DNA of 63,074 nt, filler included, from Asterionella formosa (Eukaryota), in the NCBI GenBank assembly GCA_002256025.1. It is 14 parts of 14 records of this genome, joined end to end, with 100 filler letters (N's around TTAATTAATTAA, not from the genome) between each part and the next. Parts side by side here need not be neighbours in the genome. Positions count along the whole stretch, not along the records: positions 1 to 22,573 come from NKIB01002683.1; 13 more parts are not named here. One strand, given 5' to 3'. The notes under the pieces were generated by a model. That model did no database searches, was not told the DNA's origin, and worked only from the letters and a program-made list of their open reading frames with translations. This document shows positions 1 to 12,689 of the stretch, one piece after another. The first letter of the stretch is position 1. Every line of letters begins with the position of its first letter. The position numbers and the translations under genes were made by a program.

Positions 1-3000
1 TACTAGTGCCTACGAGGACAAAAAGAATTATAGCACGTTACTTTGTCTATGACAAGAAAATTATTGGGTGTTTGGTTCCACCTCGAGAAAAATGTACAGG
101 GGGGTCCAGCAACCATAGGGGGGGTCCAGGACAATGAAGTATACGGGGTAGATAGAGTATACAATATACCATTCCTAGGCGACGATTTTATTTCTGTGAA
201 ATTTTTTGGGGTTATGTCGGGGTCTGCATCCTCGCTTCCTGAAAGCAAGAAGGTTGGAGAATTGAAAGGAAGAGAGCGAGCGGCACCGCTCTAGCATGAT
301 TATACCCTTGTGTGCTCACAAACTAAAAGGTTGAAAAAAAAAAAAGAGATTGGTGCAGACGCATTGCACAATGGACGTGGTTGCACTTGGTACCAGGTAC
401 TGACAGTTGGAAGTGCCTGGCGCTACCGCAAATGTATGTGCAGGAATTGTGTGGTTGCACCATTGTTGTGAAGCACACAATTCTGCGGTTTTGTGACAAG
501 AAGCAGAAGTCTGTCTTGTTTGGTTGATCCTCTTGTGGCCGCCAGTTGCTTCATCAGGGAAGTGATCAGCTATGGAGCTGCAGCTGCACCATGCCAGGAG
601 TTGTTTTGTTTGCAACCATTTGGCATGTCCTCCTTCGATTTTTCGCACTTGCTGGGCCCTGTTTTTGCCGGTGCCGGCATTTTGGCGCCAGTGACTATGC
701 AGGTACACCTTCTGTTTTGGGCTCCAATTACTCTCTTGTTGGTTGGTTGGGTTACGGAGGGGAGGGGGGGGGGCGACAGGGGCAGGTGAATCAAGACAGC
801 AGAGTCGCAAATTCGTAGTGTTGGAGGTAGGGAGGTCGGCGGTTCTATGTTGCAGTGTGGTGGTGTTGGTGGATGGGAGTGGTTCAAAACAGTTCTGTGT
901 GGTTCCGAAGGCAGCCTACCTCATTAAGTCACATAAAAAGAAAAACATGTTGTGCTCTGGGAGGCGCCGCATCTATCTCCATATTGACATCCTGTGCTCC
1001 AGTATATAATGAAGTTTTGCTTGATTTTTTTTCTCTTCCAACTTTGATTATCGAAGCAAATGCTAGATCTGCTGTTATTTCTTGTTATGTTATGTATCTT
1101 TCTTGTCTTTGTAATTGCGCACTGTTTCCCTTGGCCGATTTTGATGATATCGCCATTGTCACATGATCACAATCATAGTTCATTGTCAATCCCAACTGAA
1201 TTTCTTCATTTTTCCTGTTATGAAATCACTTCCTCTTAGTGCCTTTGTTGCATTGTGCCACATTGAATATGATGCATTTGTGGTGTTGGTATCATTGCAA
1301 CCAAACCCCAGCGATTTTGATTTTGCCATCATGGTGATGGCGCTGCTTTGCTTCTTTTCGGAAAATTCTTCTAATATAACAATTGCTGTGTTTGCCCAAT
1401 TTCCTTCCTTTAGTAAAAGTGAAGCGAACACTGGATCTTGTTGTTGTCCTAGTATAATGTTTCTTGACTTTTTCAAATTGTAATTACCTCTTGACAGCAC
1501 ACTCTTCTTTCTTTGAAATTATTGCTACCTTGGCCTGATAACTGCTGTCATAGTTAGATGCATTGATTTGAGAGACATTTTGCATTTTTCCTTTTATTGC
1601 TTTTCCGCCTTTTGCTGCTATGGAACTGCATTTGTGTGTAGTGTATGTTGCATGTTGTTTACATGGGGCCTCATATCCAGAGGCGTTCGATTGAGCTTTC
1701 GCCATGGTGATGGCTGCTTTTTGAAGAAGTTTCCCAAAAAGGAGCCCGGAAGCTTGTAGGTTTACTACAGAGGTTTCCTTGCTACTTGATAATTTTACTA
1801 TGATAGTCTTTTATATGCTTGCCTTTATACGCAGCGGAAAAGTGGGCGGCATATTTTAACATTCATTGCATGACATCGTAGTGAGTCGAAATTGAGATAA
1901 ACCGCAATGGTCTTCTCCATTTTGGAGAGGCTACAAATAGTCTACAGCGATAACTCTAGCAAGTCCAAAGTAGAAACAGAAGCAAAGGATGAGTAGCTGT
2001 CAAAGATTGAATTCGTAAATTTGTTTAGAATAAGCTGTTACATTTTTTTACATTCATTGCATGTCGCCATAGTGAGTCGACAATATGGCATCTGCCGCCC
2101 ATAATGAACTCCCCCAAAATATTGGCTTTTACCAACCTTCACAAGTAATATGATTGATCTAAAGATGAAGTAAAGAAAGATCAGTAATATTAGTAGTAAT
2201 TTTGGTTCCTGGTTGATTTGCCATTTGACAATGGCAAATTCGTCAAAATTGAAAGTCATGTCTACTAAACTGGAGTGAAGTTCCATTGTCTTGCAACATT
2301 TTTCATTGACCGTTTGAAATACTCATATTTATTCCTAGTTTCATTTGCCGCCTTGATTCTTTCATCTGTCATCTCCACTGATTCTTTGTCTAATTTGCTT
2401 TTCTTGAATATGTAAAAGTCCCTGTGCAATTTTGCGTATGTCCTCTTCTTTGCCACTTTGTATTTCCTCTCGCCCTTTGCTGCAACCTCCTCGAATGTCT
2501 TAAAGTAGCTCTCATCATTCATTGCTTTCTTCTTTAATTTCATCTCCAAACAGTTCTGTTGGTGCATGTTCTAATCAATACAAGCCTTTTAGATGTCACC
2601 CTATTTCTTCATCCGAAGCTCCACATACAGCTTTTTCTTCATCTCTTGGAAGTAAAAATCTGTGGCTCCCTTTACATGCTCTGGGAGAAAGTGAATAATC
2701 ACGTTCAAAATCTTTGAACTCTTCTTAATACTAGTTGTTATCATTGTAGTTCTTCCTAGAATAACTTTTGGAGTCAATCCACTGATGGAAGATGCTGGAG
2801 TTGTGCGTGCTTACTGAAAGAGAAATGGCTACTAGATCCTTACGATCTCTAATGTCGGACACACTGTTATTTCCTGGCCTATTTTCAATGAAAAGGTCCA
2901 TAAGTTATTCAATAAATTCCATGAACCTCAGTTCAACAATACTACTTTCTATTCCCCGAGGTGACCCACCTTGGGGAACTCCAGTCTGCTCATGTCAGAT

Positions 3001-3381
3001 GTCCTTTGATGAACCAATAACTTATATGGACTGTTGAACCTAGCATATCCCTTTGCTTCGCAGCCCCCATATCTCTTTCCTTGTCCTCTGGTACCGTTAT
3101 AAACTTATTTTGGTGCAGGAGTATAATCTGCATGAGCCTTCATCTTTGCCTTATGCAACCACACATCACAACAATGCTCCAAGACCAACAAGGAAAAGAT
3201 CTCGTCAGAAACACTTACAATGTCACTGACATGCTTCTTAGCACACTGATGTTTCCAAGAAAGCTTCCCCCCCCCCTGGAATGAAAGTACTCAACTAGAA
3301 GGAGAAAGGATGATTCTTGGCTCCTTCTCCGTCAGCTGCCTTCTCCTGAATAGACACAGAATGGCTGTTTGAGATGGTATG

Positions 3382-5545
3382 GGGTGGTAATAGATTATAT
3401 CAAAGATATATTTGTTGTGATTGCTTGGTTTCAACAGAAGATGCTGATAATCCTGATATTGGATGTGAACGTCATAAAGTGTCAGATGTTAAAAAATTTT
3501 AAAACGAAATTTCTTGACAAAAATGCATATCCTGAAAGAAAATAACCATGTATCCCACCTGATTATGGTGTCTCCCAATCTAATTGCAAATATGCGACAG
3601 CAAACGAGTGGCGCCGTGTTATATCGCATAATCCTATTATGCCTGCACTAATAAATCATTTTTTGGTGGTGACTTAGAAGGATTATTTGGTGCAACTCCA
3701 TTTGAGGCTCTTCATCAATTACTACTACTTGGAAAATTTAAGTACATTTTGGAATCATTGTACAATTACCGGACTATCCCTGAAGAATGGACATGTCTTT
3801 TTAAAGAAAGAAAATCTCCAGATATCCAGAGAACATCTCTGATCAGAAACCTATCACTGAAAAAACAGACTCTGCTTTTATTGATCAAGAACAACCGAAG
3901 AAACGGGCAATGACCAAAAAGGACGCACGTTTTCTACACTGGCAAAAATCAAGACCCAACACTTGTACCAGCACCAGAAATGTATTTTCGAAACTATACT
4001 TCGAGCAAAGTGCTAGATATATCAATAGTCATTTGGAAAGGCAAAGCGATCGTGATATTCCAAAATTGTCATACAGATCTGGGATGACAGCTTTGTCAAA
4101 AATGTCAGGGCAAGAAATTCCCAGATTATATCTCCTAACTATTTTTTCAATGGGTGGAATGATGGTTTCAGAAAACCTGCACCTAGAAAAGGATTTCACA
4201 TTGCTGTTATGGATATACATCAATGACACTTTATTAATACCACAGTATACATCAACATGTATTGATATTTTAGAGGAAAGGGTTAAGAGATTTATGTCAG
4301 TTAGCTACTAAGATTATGATTGTTGGTCCCCAACGGGAAATGATATCTCAAATTGGCTTGATACGAAGGGCAAAATTTCATGGAAAGAAACATTACCCTC
4401 ATCTGATAAGGAAGTTCGGATCGCCTCTTAATTTCTTTGGTGGATATTTGGAGTCTTTTTTGAAAGACAAATTGAAACGAGTGACTCAGTAAGCGTGTCA
4501 ATGGACAATTACATCGATTAAAGCATGATATGCATTTTAACAAGGTCACATGAAACAAGGCAGTTTGCCTTGGCACGAAAAATTGTTTTTGCAAGTGATT
4601 CATTACATACAGAAAACAAACAAAAGAAGATGAGTAAAGTACATATCAATGTAACTGAGGGTATTTCAATAGGGATTGATTTCGAGGGAATGATTCAGGA
4701 TACAAGGATGTTGCCTGGTAGTCGCCTGATAATTTGGGAATATCGCCTACCAAGATCCATTCACCATCCCTTCCTGTTAAAGTTCAATTCTCTGCTTCAT
4801 CATCAAATGGTCTATGGACTATAGCAGGTGTCCCCAATAATATTGGGCATGTATCACGGAGTAAGGATGTACCCTTGTCTCAATTGGCTCATCCTGATTT
4901 ACCGAAGGGGGCCAACTACGTAAAGAGCATTGCGAATACAGCAATAGAAATAGGAAGAATCAAAAGTCTTGAAAATGGGTTTGCGCCTGTTTCCATTGTA
5001 AGAATTGACTTTTATTATCATATTAAAATTGAAAGAAACGTTCCCGACCAAACTACTATTTTCAGATGCCATCCGAAATGGAATAATGATTCAAATGCAG
5101 GAATCTCTGGTCGTGAATGGTGTGACTGGGTCGAAGTGGAAGTAAACTGGGAAAAAGGAGATGGATCAAGTTCCTACAAAGTTCCGGAAAAACTACTTCT
5201 TTGGGGAAATGTTATTTTCTCCAACGCAACAACCATTCTCTTAGCGTGTATTCGTTCCTTGAAAAGTTCAGCTGAAATGAAAATTCATAAACGTATGCTG
5301 CTTTTTTGCAAGGGGAGACACCTTATGCAATGGTACAACTGGCTTAATTGAGCGTTGTCGAATTTCATAACATACTTTCGGCAGCATTTGTTGTTCCTGC
5401 TTTGAAACCACAAGAATCAAGGAAATCTCTGAAACCGCAAGAAGTTTGGGAACAGATACGGAAAGATAATTTTTATGTTGCCATGCCTCCACGTCATTTA
5501 TGGAAATCAATCAGGTTGGACCAAAAACTAACAAGCGAACGTTGA
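3382..5545 (+). pseudogene. Plavaka-like transposase, C-terminal two-thirds, frameshifted
   Basis: Translated pieces ICCDCLVSTEDADNPDIGC, FGGDLEGLFGATPFEALHQLLLLGKFKYILE, LERQSDRDIPKLSYRSG, KFH..KHYPHLIRKFGSPLNFFGGYLES and FRCHPKW...WCDWVEV match the CxxC / H-motif / KFH-HY / WxDWV layout of Plavaka-type transposases. Multiple stops and frameshifts. Confidence 0.65.
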
Positions 5546-5599
5546 TAAATACACAAGAGTAATATAAATAATAGTGATGATATAGTTTCACATACTAGT

Positions 5600-7600
5600 T
5601 AAGCTATAAGAAGGTTTTCACAAACTACAATGTCCTAAGGAATGATGAGATTGGATGATCCCAATGGTCCATTATTTGTTCTCTTTCACTCCCAAAGAAC
5701 CTAAGATGGTCCTTCTCGTTTTGTCCGAAATTTTTCTTCTCCACTTTTCAACTGCAGTTCGATTTGAGCGAGTCTGTAAACTTTTTCAATTTGATTCCAG
5801 AAGGGCTCCTATCATCAGTTGCAAAATATTTTTTCAACTCTTTGTCAATTTTGATGCATCTAGAAATGCGGCCAAGAGGTGCATGATTATACCAGTTGAA
5901 GGGAGCAACTTATTCATTCATTTGTTGGATCATGGATTTTAAGTAGACATCATTATCCTTCTTGAAAGAAGAATTGCAAGGAACTTGTCCAAAATACGCA
6001 TGTCATTCAACATTTTGAAATCTAAATAGGAGCTCAAAATTTTGTCGATACAAAATTGAAGAACAGTTATTTCCAACTGAAACATATCCTCACGAGAATT
6101 TGTCGTTGTCACTTGAGGCCAAACTGTTCCAAGATGAAAGTATGTTGACTTGCTTGGTTGTTGGTTGGTGGGTCAGATGTAACAGATAACAAATCGTCTG
6201 TTCGATCTGTTGCTACCACCTGACAATTTAACTTTCCAGGACTCCGTCTCCAAACGGAATTGAGCCCGGTTGCCAAGAAATTTGGTTTTTCCATTCCTTT
6301 CCTTTCTAATTGCAATAGAGTTTCCAATAGTAAATGGTCCACTTGATAATCCACTATCATCTTCTGGTTGAAATAACATGGAATCATGTTCAGTGGCCAT
6401 AATGATCTTCAATTGTGCCGTGCTTTGGTGCCAGTATAGAAAGATTCTGATAAACCAGTTTCTTCAGGTGTATGGTATTCTTGTGGAAGATATCCTGTAT
6501 CGGTGCATAACAATTCTAATTTTTTGGTGCATCCAGAGATGATACATCAGTTGGATGAAGTTCATGAATTATGTAATGGATCATAGAGTTAATTGTTTCA
6601 AGGTCCCAATATGCAAGATCTTTAAAATCTGAAGATAATTTTTTGATACCTTTGACTCCATAAAATACAGAGGCGTAATTGCATATTTCTTGTGGGGTAC
6701 TTGTGTACAAATGTTTCCACAATTTTAGTTGTCCATGCGTTTTCGGCAAACTCAAGGAAAATGCAGTTTGCTTTGGCATAATAACTCTACACATTTCACA
6801 TGCTGACTCTTCACAAAAGCAGGCTAGCTGCCTTCGGGATTGTTCTCAATGATTTTACAAAGAAATTCTTTTTCTTCAATGTATATAAGATTCAATTTTT
6901 TCTTCAAACTTCATTCCCGACTCAGTGCATCAACTGCCTTAGCCAGCATCACTTCTCTTTCTGCATTGATCTTCTTGAATTCGAGGTCTTGATCTAGCTC
7001 GGACTTTTTTCTTGAAAATTCTTGCTTTTCTTTTAGAAATGCAATAGTTTCTCTGCTTTCATGATGTTCATCTTGATGCTCTACATGATTAGTGAGACAT
7101 ATTTCTTGGTTTTGCAACTTTTCAACCATTTCTACTTCAGAAGTGATGTCTCTCACATTTCCGCCCGTATTTTCATTCATCGCATAATTTTTTCATCAAA
7201 TGAATGAGAATCACTGAGTTCTTCTTCATTATCTGCGATTTCAGGAGAATGAGGAGCAAAATACAACACTAGATGGAACTGTGACTCTGTAGGAATAGAG
7301 TCTTCATCTGCAAAGAACAGCTGTTTGGGTTTCCTCTTCGAAAGCAATCTTTCCTTCTTTTCAATCTCTGCCACCATTGTATCGGCATACTTGCTTCATT
7401 TTTTTTCTGGCGTTTTATGAATCTGTTCAAATTCATCTGTTGTTTGAGTGTATTCAAAGAAGGAATCTTCGATTGATTTCATAAGTTTCTTCATCTTCTT
7501 TTCCGAAAACATAAAGTCGTGTAGTGTAAACAATGGAATTAAGTCACGTTTCCTGTTTGACTGATCCTTTGCATGAATTCCATGTAATGCCATTTGAAAA
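5600..7600 (-). pseudogene. Decayed accessory ORF convergent with the transposase; unknown product with coiled-coil-like segments
   Basis: Chain of short minus-strand ORFs (7396-7593, 7177-7377, 6911-7180, 6516-6794, 6173-6412) with protein-like, E/K-rich composition, broken by frameshifts. Confidence 0.4.
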
Positions 7601-7827
7601 TCAAGTTGTCAAAGGGCCAGAAGACTATGATGTAAAACAGTGGAAGAGAAACGCGGAGATTTTTGCGGCGCTTGTGGAGGTGCAGCTGGTGTGATGGTAA
7701 CCGAGTGTAGTAATTGTTGAACAGAGCACAGGCAGCAGTGTAATATGCATGTTCCGCCATCATAGTGCTTACACAATACACACCATGCCGGCATATATAT
7801 ATAGCTATAACAAGGAAAAACGACACG

Positions 7828-8640
7828 ACAATGAACGTGATGGCTGGTTGTTGAGGATACCGGTATGTGATATGCATCAATCCATATCACAAATCATATT
7901 ATAGTGATGTACATATCAACACATCTGTATACTTAAATCCTATACACCGTATAATACTATCATATTAACTGTTGGCTTTTACTATATACATTAAAAGTCG
8001 AATTTATATATTAAGTAACATAATTATGATTTATTTATTTATTTTCCATGATGTATCGATAACACTTGTGTACATATTGTATCATATTTTTTTATCATTG
8101 TATTATTTTAAGATGATCATATTTTGATCAAAATTATATCACAAACATTTTAAGAAATCGTCACAGTTCTATGATCAATGCATCATAGCTATGTGATATA
8201 CTTTATTCAATATTACATATCATACTTTGGTGATGTATGCATTGATGTAACCCTATCGTGATATCACATTATCATCTTATCAATCATGATGAGATGATTG
8301 GGAACTGTATTCTGCATCGTACTACAGAGTATGATATTATAACACGCACTTTAGGAGCTAAGTCACTCCTGTAATGTACACAAGTCGACAGTGCACATAC
8401 ACACACGCCAATATGGTTTGAGGCAACGGACAGTGGTTCCAACGAGCGAATGACGATACCACGGGTACCAATTTTTCCAGCGGCAAACCGCAATGATGAA
8501 GGACACTTGTCCCTCTATTGATGAGGATGACACGGACACCGACTTTTCCAGGAGCAAACAACAATGAAGAGACCCAGGCCACTTGTCGCTCTATTGATGG
8601 TAACAAAGATACGGACAAGTTCAACAGTGAATACAAGAAC
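7828..8640 (+). repeat. Dispersed repeat (AT-rich segment plus degenerate subrepeats); inverted copy at ~45860-46724
   Basis: ACAATGAACGTGATGGCTGGTTGTTGAGGATACCGGTATGTGAT at 7828 is the exact reverse complement of the end of contig 3. Collinear similarity continues through the AT-rich part and the RMTRTPTFPGANNNEET segment. Confidence 0.9.
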
Positions 8641-9320
8641 AACGTACCAATGAAAACAAGTCGGCAGTGTGTGTACGCGCATGCCAACCGCCAAGCAGGT
8701 TTGAGGCAATGGACAGTTCCAACAAGCAAATGACGATACGGATATCAAATATTTCCTATGAGCAAACAACAATGAAGAGATCCACTTGCTTTCGCTCTCT
8801 TGATGGTATCAAAGATGCGGAAAAGTTCAATAGTATATACAAGTACAGCATGCCAAATGCAGAAACGAGCAACATGAAAAAGAAATTGTAATCAGAATCA
8901 TTCTATAACTATAGCTATGTGGACAGTAGTTTGTTACATTTTAGTATCTCATTCTATGCTGAATCTCAATAGTAGATGTAGTATCATGTGAGAATTGAAA
9001 ATGTCAACGAGAACAAGTATAATGTGTTTGTTTACGTGTTGATTGGCGAGATTGAAATGCTGGTGGTTGACGAAACGGATTCACAATGTGCGCTTTGTGC
9101 GGAACCATTACGAGTTCGAATGATTTCTTCTCTGTAAACTCTTAATTGAATGATTATGAACAAAGGTTCACTGCACATGAGGATTACTCAAAGATATAAT
9201 GATCACTTGACCAACAATTGAAGATCAGATGATCACAATCCTATGATACATCATGGAAAAATGATAGTTTTTATTTGCAGATGTAGCTCACTGTCGTTTC
9301 CACGACAGCTTTCGTCTAAC

Positions 9321-10500
9321 CCTGGAATATAAGTACTCAACTAGAAGGAAGAACGGATGATTCTTGGCTCCTTCTCCATCAGCTGTCTCCTGAATAGAAA
9401 CAGAACGGCTGTTGGAGATGGTATGCTTATTCAGATGAATGTGCATACCATCACGAAATAGTCCTGAAGTTTTGTAGATTGGAATGGAATGATTTATTAG
9501 TAAACAAGGAGTATGTTTAACAAGTCAAGAAAAAACAGGCATACCAAGTCAATTTGTTTACTTACTAGCAAAGGCATGTTTGAGAGTGGTAACAACGGCA
9601 TTTCTTTTTTCAGACATCACTTTTTTAATATCATTCTAATATGTCTGCCAAATTGACTCGAAGTCCTTATCAGTTCTCATGAATAGGCTTGGGAACTGAG
9701 CACAAAATGAGAGTGCCAGACTAGTTGTTCCCCTTTCATCAAGGTCAAGATCATCTGTGATAAACTTGACTATAGGAAAAAGCTCAAACTTGACTCGTTG
9801 ACCGACATGTCAGGCCCAATGCTTGTCTCGTCAAGTGCCATGGCCACCAGAAAGTTGAAGTCTTTGCTTCTCTATAACTTCGCGAAGCACTTCAATCTCC
9901 TTTTTACTTTTCTCCAACTCAGATTTATGAAACTCAGTGGAAAGGTTTGTTTCAATTTCCTTGTTATTAGAAATAGTCGAAATATTTTTCTTGCCATCAG
10001 TTGATAAAATGAGACTTTCATCCTCATCGCTCACTGCGGAAATCGCTGTTCTCTGCTCCAGGAATAGAGAATCCATTGTCACTTTCACTGTCAGATGCAG
10101 AGGAAATCTCAGCTTGAGAGAGCTCGTCCGGAATATATATTGACATGATTTCCAAAATGGCTAGCCAGAGATTTATAGGAAATGGATCTTGAACAATCCC
10201 TGGCTGATTATCACACAATCATTTGCAAAAGTTAACGTTTTCCCTTTGGCTGATATTGAAAATTGCCATTGTTGGTAGTATATCGATCTACCGGTTTGTT
10301 GCTACATTACTAATATTCAAGCATCGTCACCTTCAAAATTCTATTGTTACTGGATGTCGCAACTGCATAAGGTTTAGTACTAATAGTAGTAGCAATTCAG
10401 GCAAATCATTCAAACAAGCACCAGGTAGTAATGTACAAAGTATTCCGAGTTTTTGTCTTGTACTATTTATCTAGGTACTAAAAAGATACAGAAAGGATTT
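9321..10500 (-). pseudogene. Decayed transposon accessory gene (LFPxVKFI...W...KRN type)
   Basis: Minus-strand translation QRVKFELFPIVKFITDDLDLDERG ... WQTY*NDIKKVMSEKRNAVVTTLKHAF, preceded by a coiled-coil segment (ORF 9831-10088). Contains stops and frameshifts. The link to transposon second ORFs is from recall. Confidence 0.4.
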
Positions 10501-11745
10501 GGACACAAAAAATTGCAACTACTGGCTGCCTGCCTGTTTGCTGGAACAGTAAAACTGCCAGTTGTCCTCACATGCTGACTAGTATGTATTTCTCTACAAA
10601 TTGCACTTTGTCGCAACAATTGCGTTAACCTCCTATTCTCTCCTTTCTTCCTCTCTTTGAGACTTCTTCTCACTCAAGAACAGACCAGCCAAGATGTCTG
10701 CATCTGATGGTCGTTTCTTTCCTTTCGAGGATCACAGGGCTCAGTAGTATGGTGATGATGATCATACCATGATGTATCCTCATTACCATATCAAGACGAA
10801 CTTCAGTGTTCCTTTGTTTACTGCTGACCAGGTTAAGAGTACTTGCGACAGTGTCGACAAGCTATTTGAAACTGGGATGTTCAAGGATTTCCAGAGGATC
10901 CTGAATTGTTCATGAAGAAACTGTATCTTCGATTGATCAACGCGTATGAGATTTTGTTTTCCTCAACGCTATTGGTTGGCCCCCTTCAGGCGCCGCAGTC
11001 CTGAGTCCACAAGTCTGATCTGCAAAGGATACAAGAATCATATGGATTATCCACTGCTCTATTGATGAATAAATAAAATCTAATTGTATGGTAAAACTGA
11101 CCTTATAATCACACTTGTGCCTGTAAGACATGGAGAAAGAGGGGTAAGTCTAACGTGGCTGGTAACTCACACATGGATGCCGTCCCTCCATTAATTGCCA
11201 GCGTTGGGCGAGACTCTGCCATGCTTATTGAAAGGATGAGAAGCCTCCTGCAATGTTCCACGTCGTTTTCGTATTGGACATGATCTTGTGGGTTGACCCT
11301 GCTTGGAAATGCATACATCATTGTAATAAGTTGATCTGCCTCTGTGCAGAGTATCTTGATAGAGGCCTCCTCTGTTTCCCCACGGAGAAAAAATGCGCTC
11401 CCTCCATTGATCTATGCTGAACTGCCACAGTTCATACAGAGTTAATTGCTTATTTGCACTAAAGTATTGCAATATGCACAATACGTTACTCAAAGGAATT
11501 CGTGATTATTTCCGTGATGCAAAGTTTCTAGTCGCATATACTAGCAGAACAACTCGTGTATTGTTGTATGTCTGCATGTATGTCTCTATTAAACTCTAAA
11601 ATGACCTTTTCCATAATTCCATAGAAATATAAGCCGCAACAATTAGTACATGAAACTCGGTATAAAATTATACCTTTAGGTATTTTCTTGCATTTTGAGA
11701 TGTTGTGCTCTCTCCGAAATTACTGTCGCTCAAGTTTTCTCGATA

Positions 11746-12670
11746 AGGTTCCTGCATTTCAACCTTAAGGCGAAAATTAGAATATTGCTTAGTAGGTTTG
11801 CCGAAATTCCCTGGAACTAAGAACTTTTATTAGCTATTTTTAAATGACAAGATTCCATTTGAATTATTCAAATCATTGGAACTTTGCGCGTACGTGCATT
11901 GATTCCTTTTCGAACTCGCTAAATATATAGATATGAATTGTACATGTCTATGTATATACTGGTATACCTATATATATACTGGTATACAATCTCTACACCG
12001 ATCGACGGTTTATGTGTCATACTACGACCCGGCGGCTCAGCAAATTTAGTGGTACGCGTGTGTCATAATCATTTGCCGGTACCCGTATTGGATACGGCAC
12101 CGGAGTACCGGCGATCACCGAAGAAATTTTTCAATGTGTATCCAGTGTGGCCGGTTTGGGTTTGCAAGACCTCGCAAACCGGGCCAATCAAATATCGGTA
12201 AGTAATTAATGTCGACCAATCAAAATATTCCTAGTGAAACAGGCACATACAATGAAATTTTTTGTACAGGATATTTTACAACTAAATATTTTAGCACAAG
12301 ACTACCATTCCGATGATAACGTTTCGGCGATAAGTGATTCTGATTCCGACATTTTGGAGACCGTGAAAAAGGCCGATTTTGATGAATTTTGGGGGTCAAT
12401 AGCTCAACGTTGGCTGGGTTTGAATTATAGTTATGTACATTGTTAATCTTCATATAGCCCCAGAAGTTTACTTTCGGCGAAAAACTGCAGAAAGGAACTT
12501 CGGTTTTTTTACTAGGCCAAATAAACGTTGGCCCGGTAAAATCCACTATTTTCAGCATAGTTAAAATACCGAAGTTCCTTTCTGCAGTTTCTGGCCAGAT
12601 CCTACATACTGACGTTATATGATAGAGTTGACCTATACCCCTACTTCGATCAATGACAGTATCTATAGAC
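11746..12670 (+). mobile_element. Non-autonomous DNA element (possibly Kolobok-like) with an internal 23-bp inverted repeat; inverted copy at 57231-58175
   Basis: Collinear similarity to the reverse complement of contig 11 from AAGGTTCCTGCATTT through CAAGACTACCATTCCGATGA to the hairpin. Perfect IR at 12482-12504 / 12568-12590. Confidence 0.7.
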
Positions 12671-12689
12671 TGGAATTTCATAAACGAAG

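Larger units (their letters stand above)
79..11600. mobile_element. Decayed, rearranged region of large multi-ORF DNA transposon(s) of Plavaka/CMC type; boundaries approximate
   Basis: No intact long ORF in 11.5 kb. Contains a Plavaka-like transposase pseudogene (3382-5545) and several frameshifted minus-strand ORF remnants. Parts recur elsewhere in the window (45860-46724, 50260-51190, 19080-19560). A possible CAC-starting terminus (CACCTCGAGAAAAAT) lies at ~79, but no matching right end was found. Confidence 0.45.
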
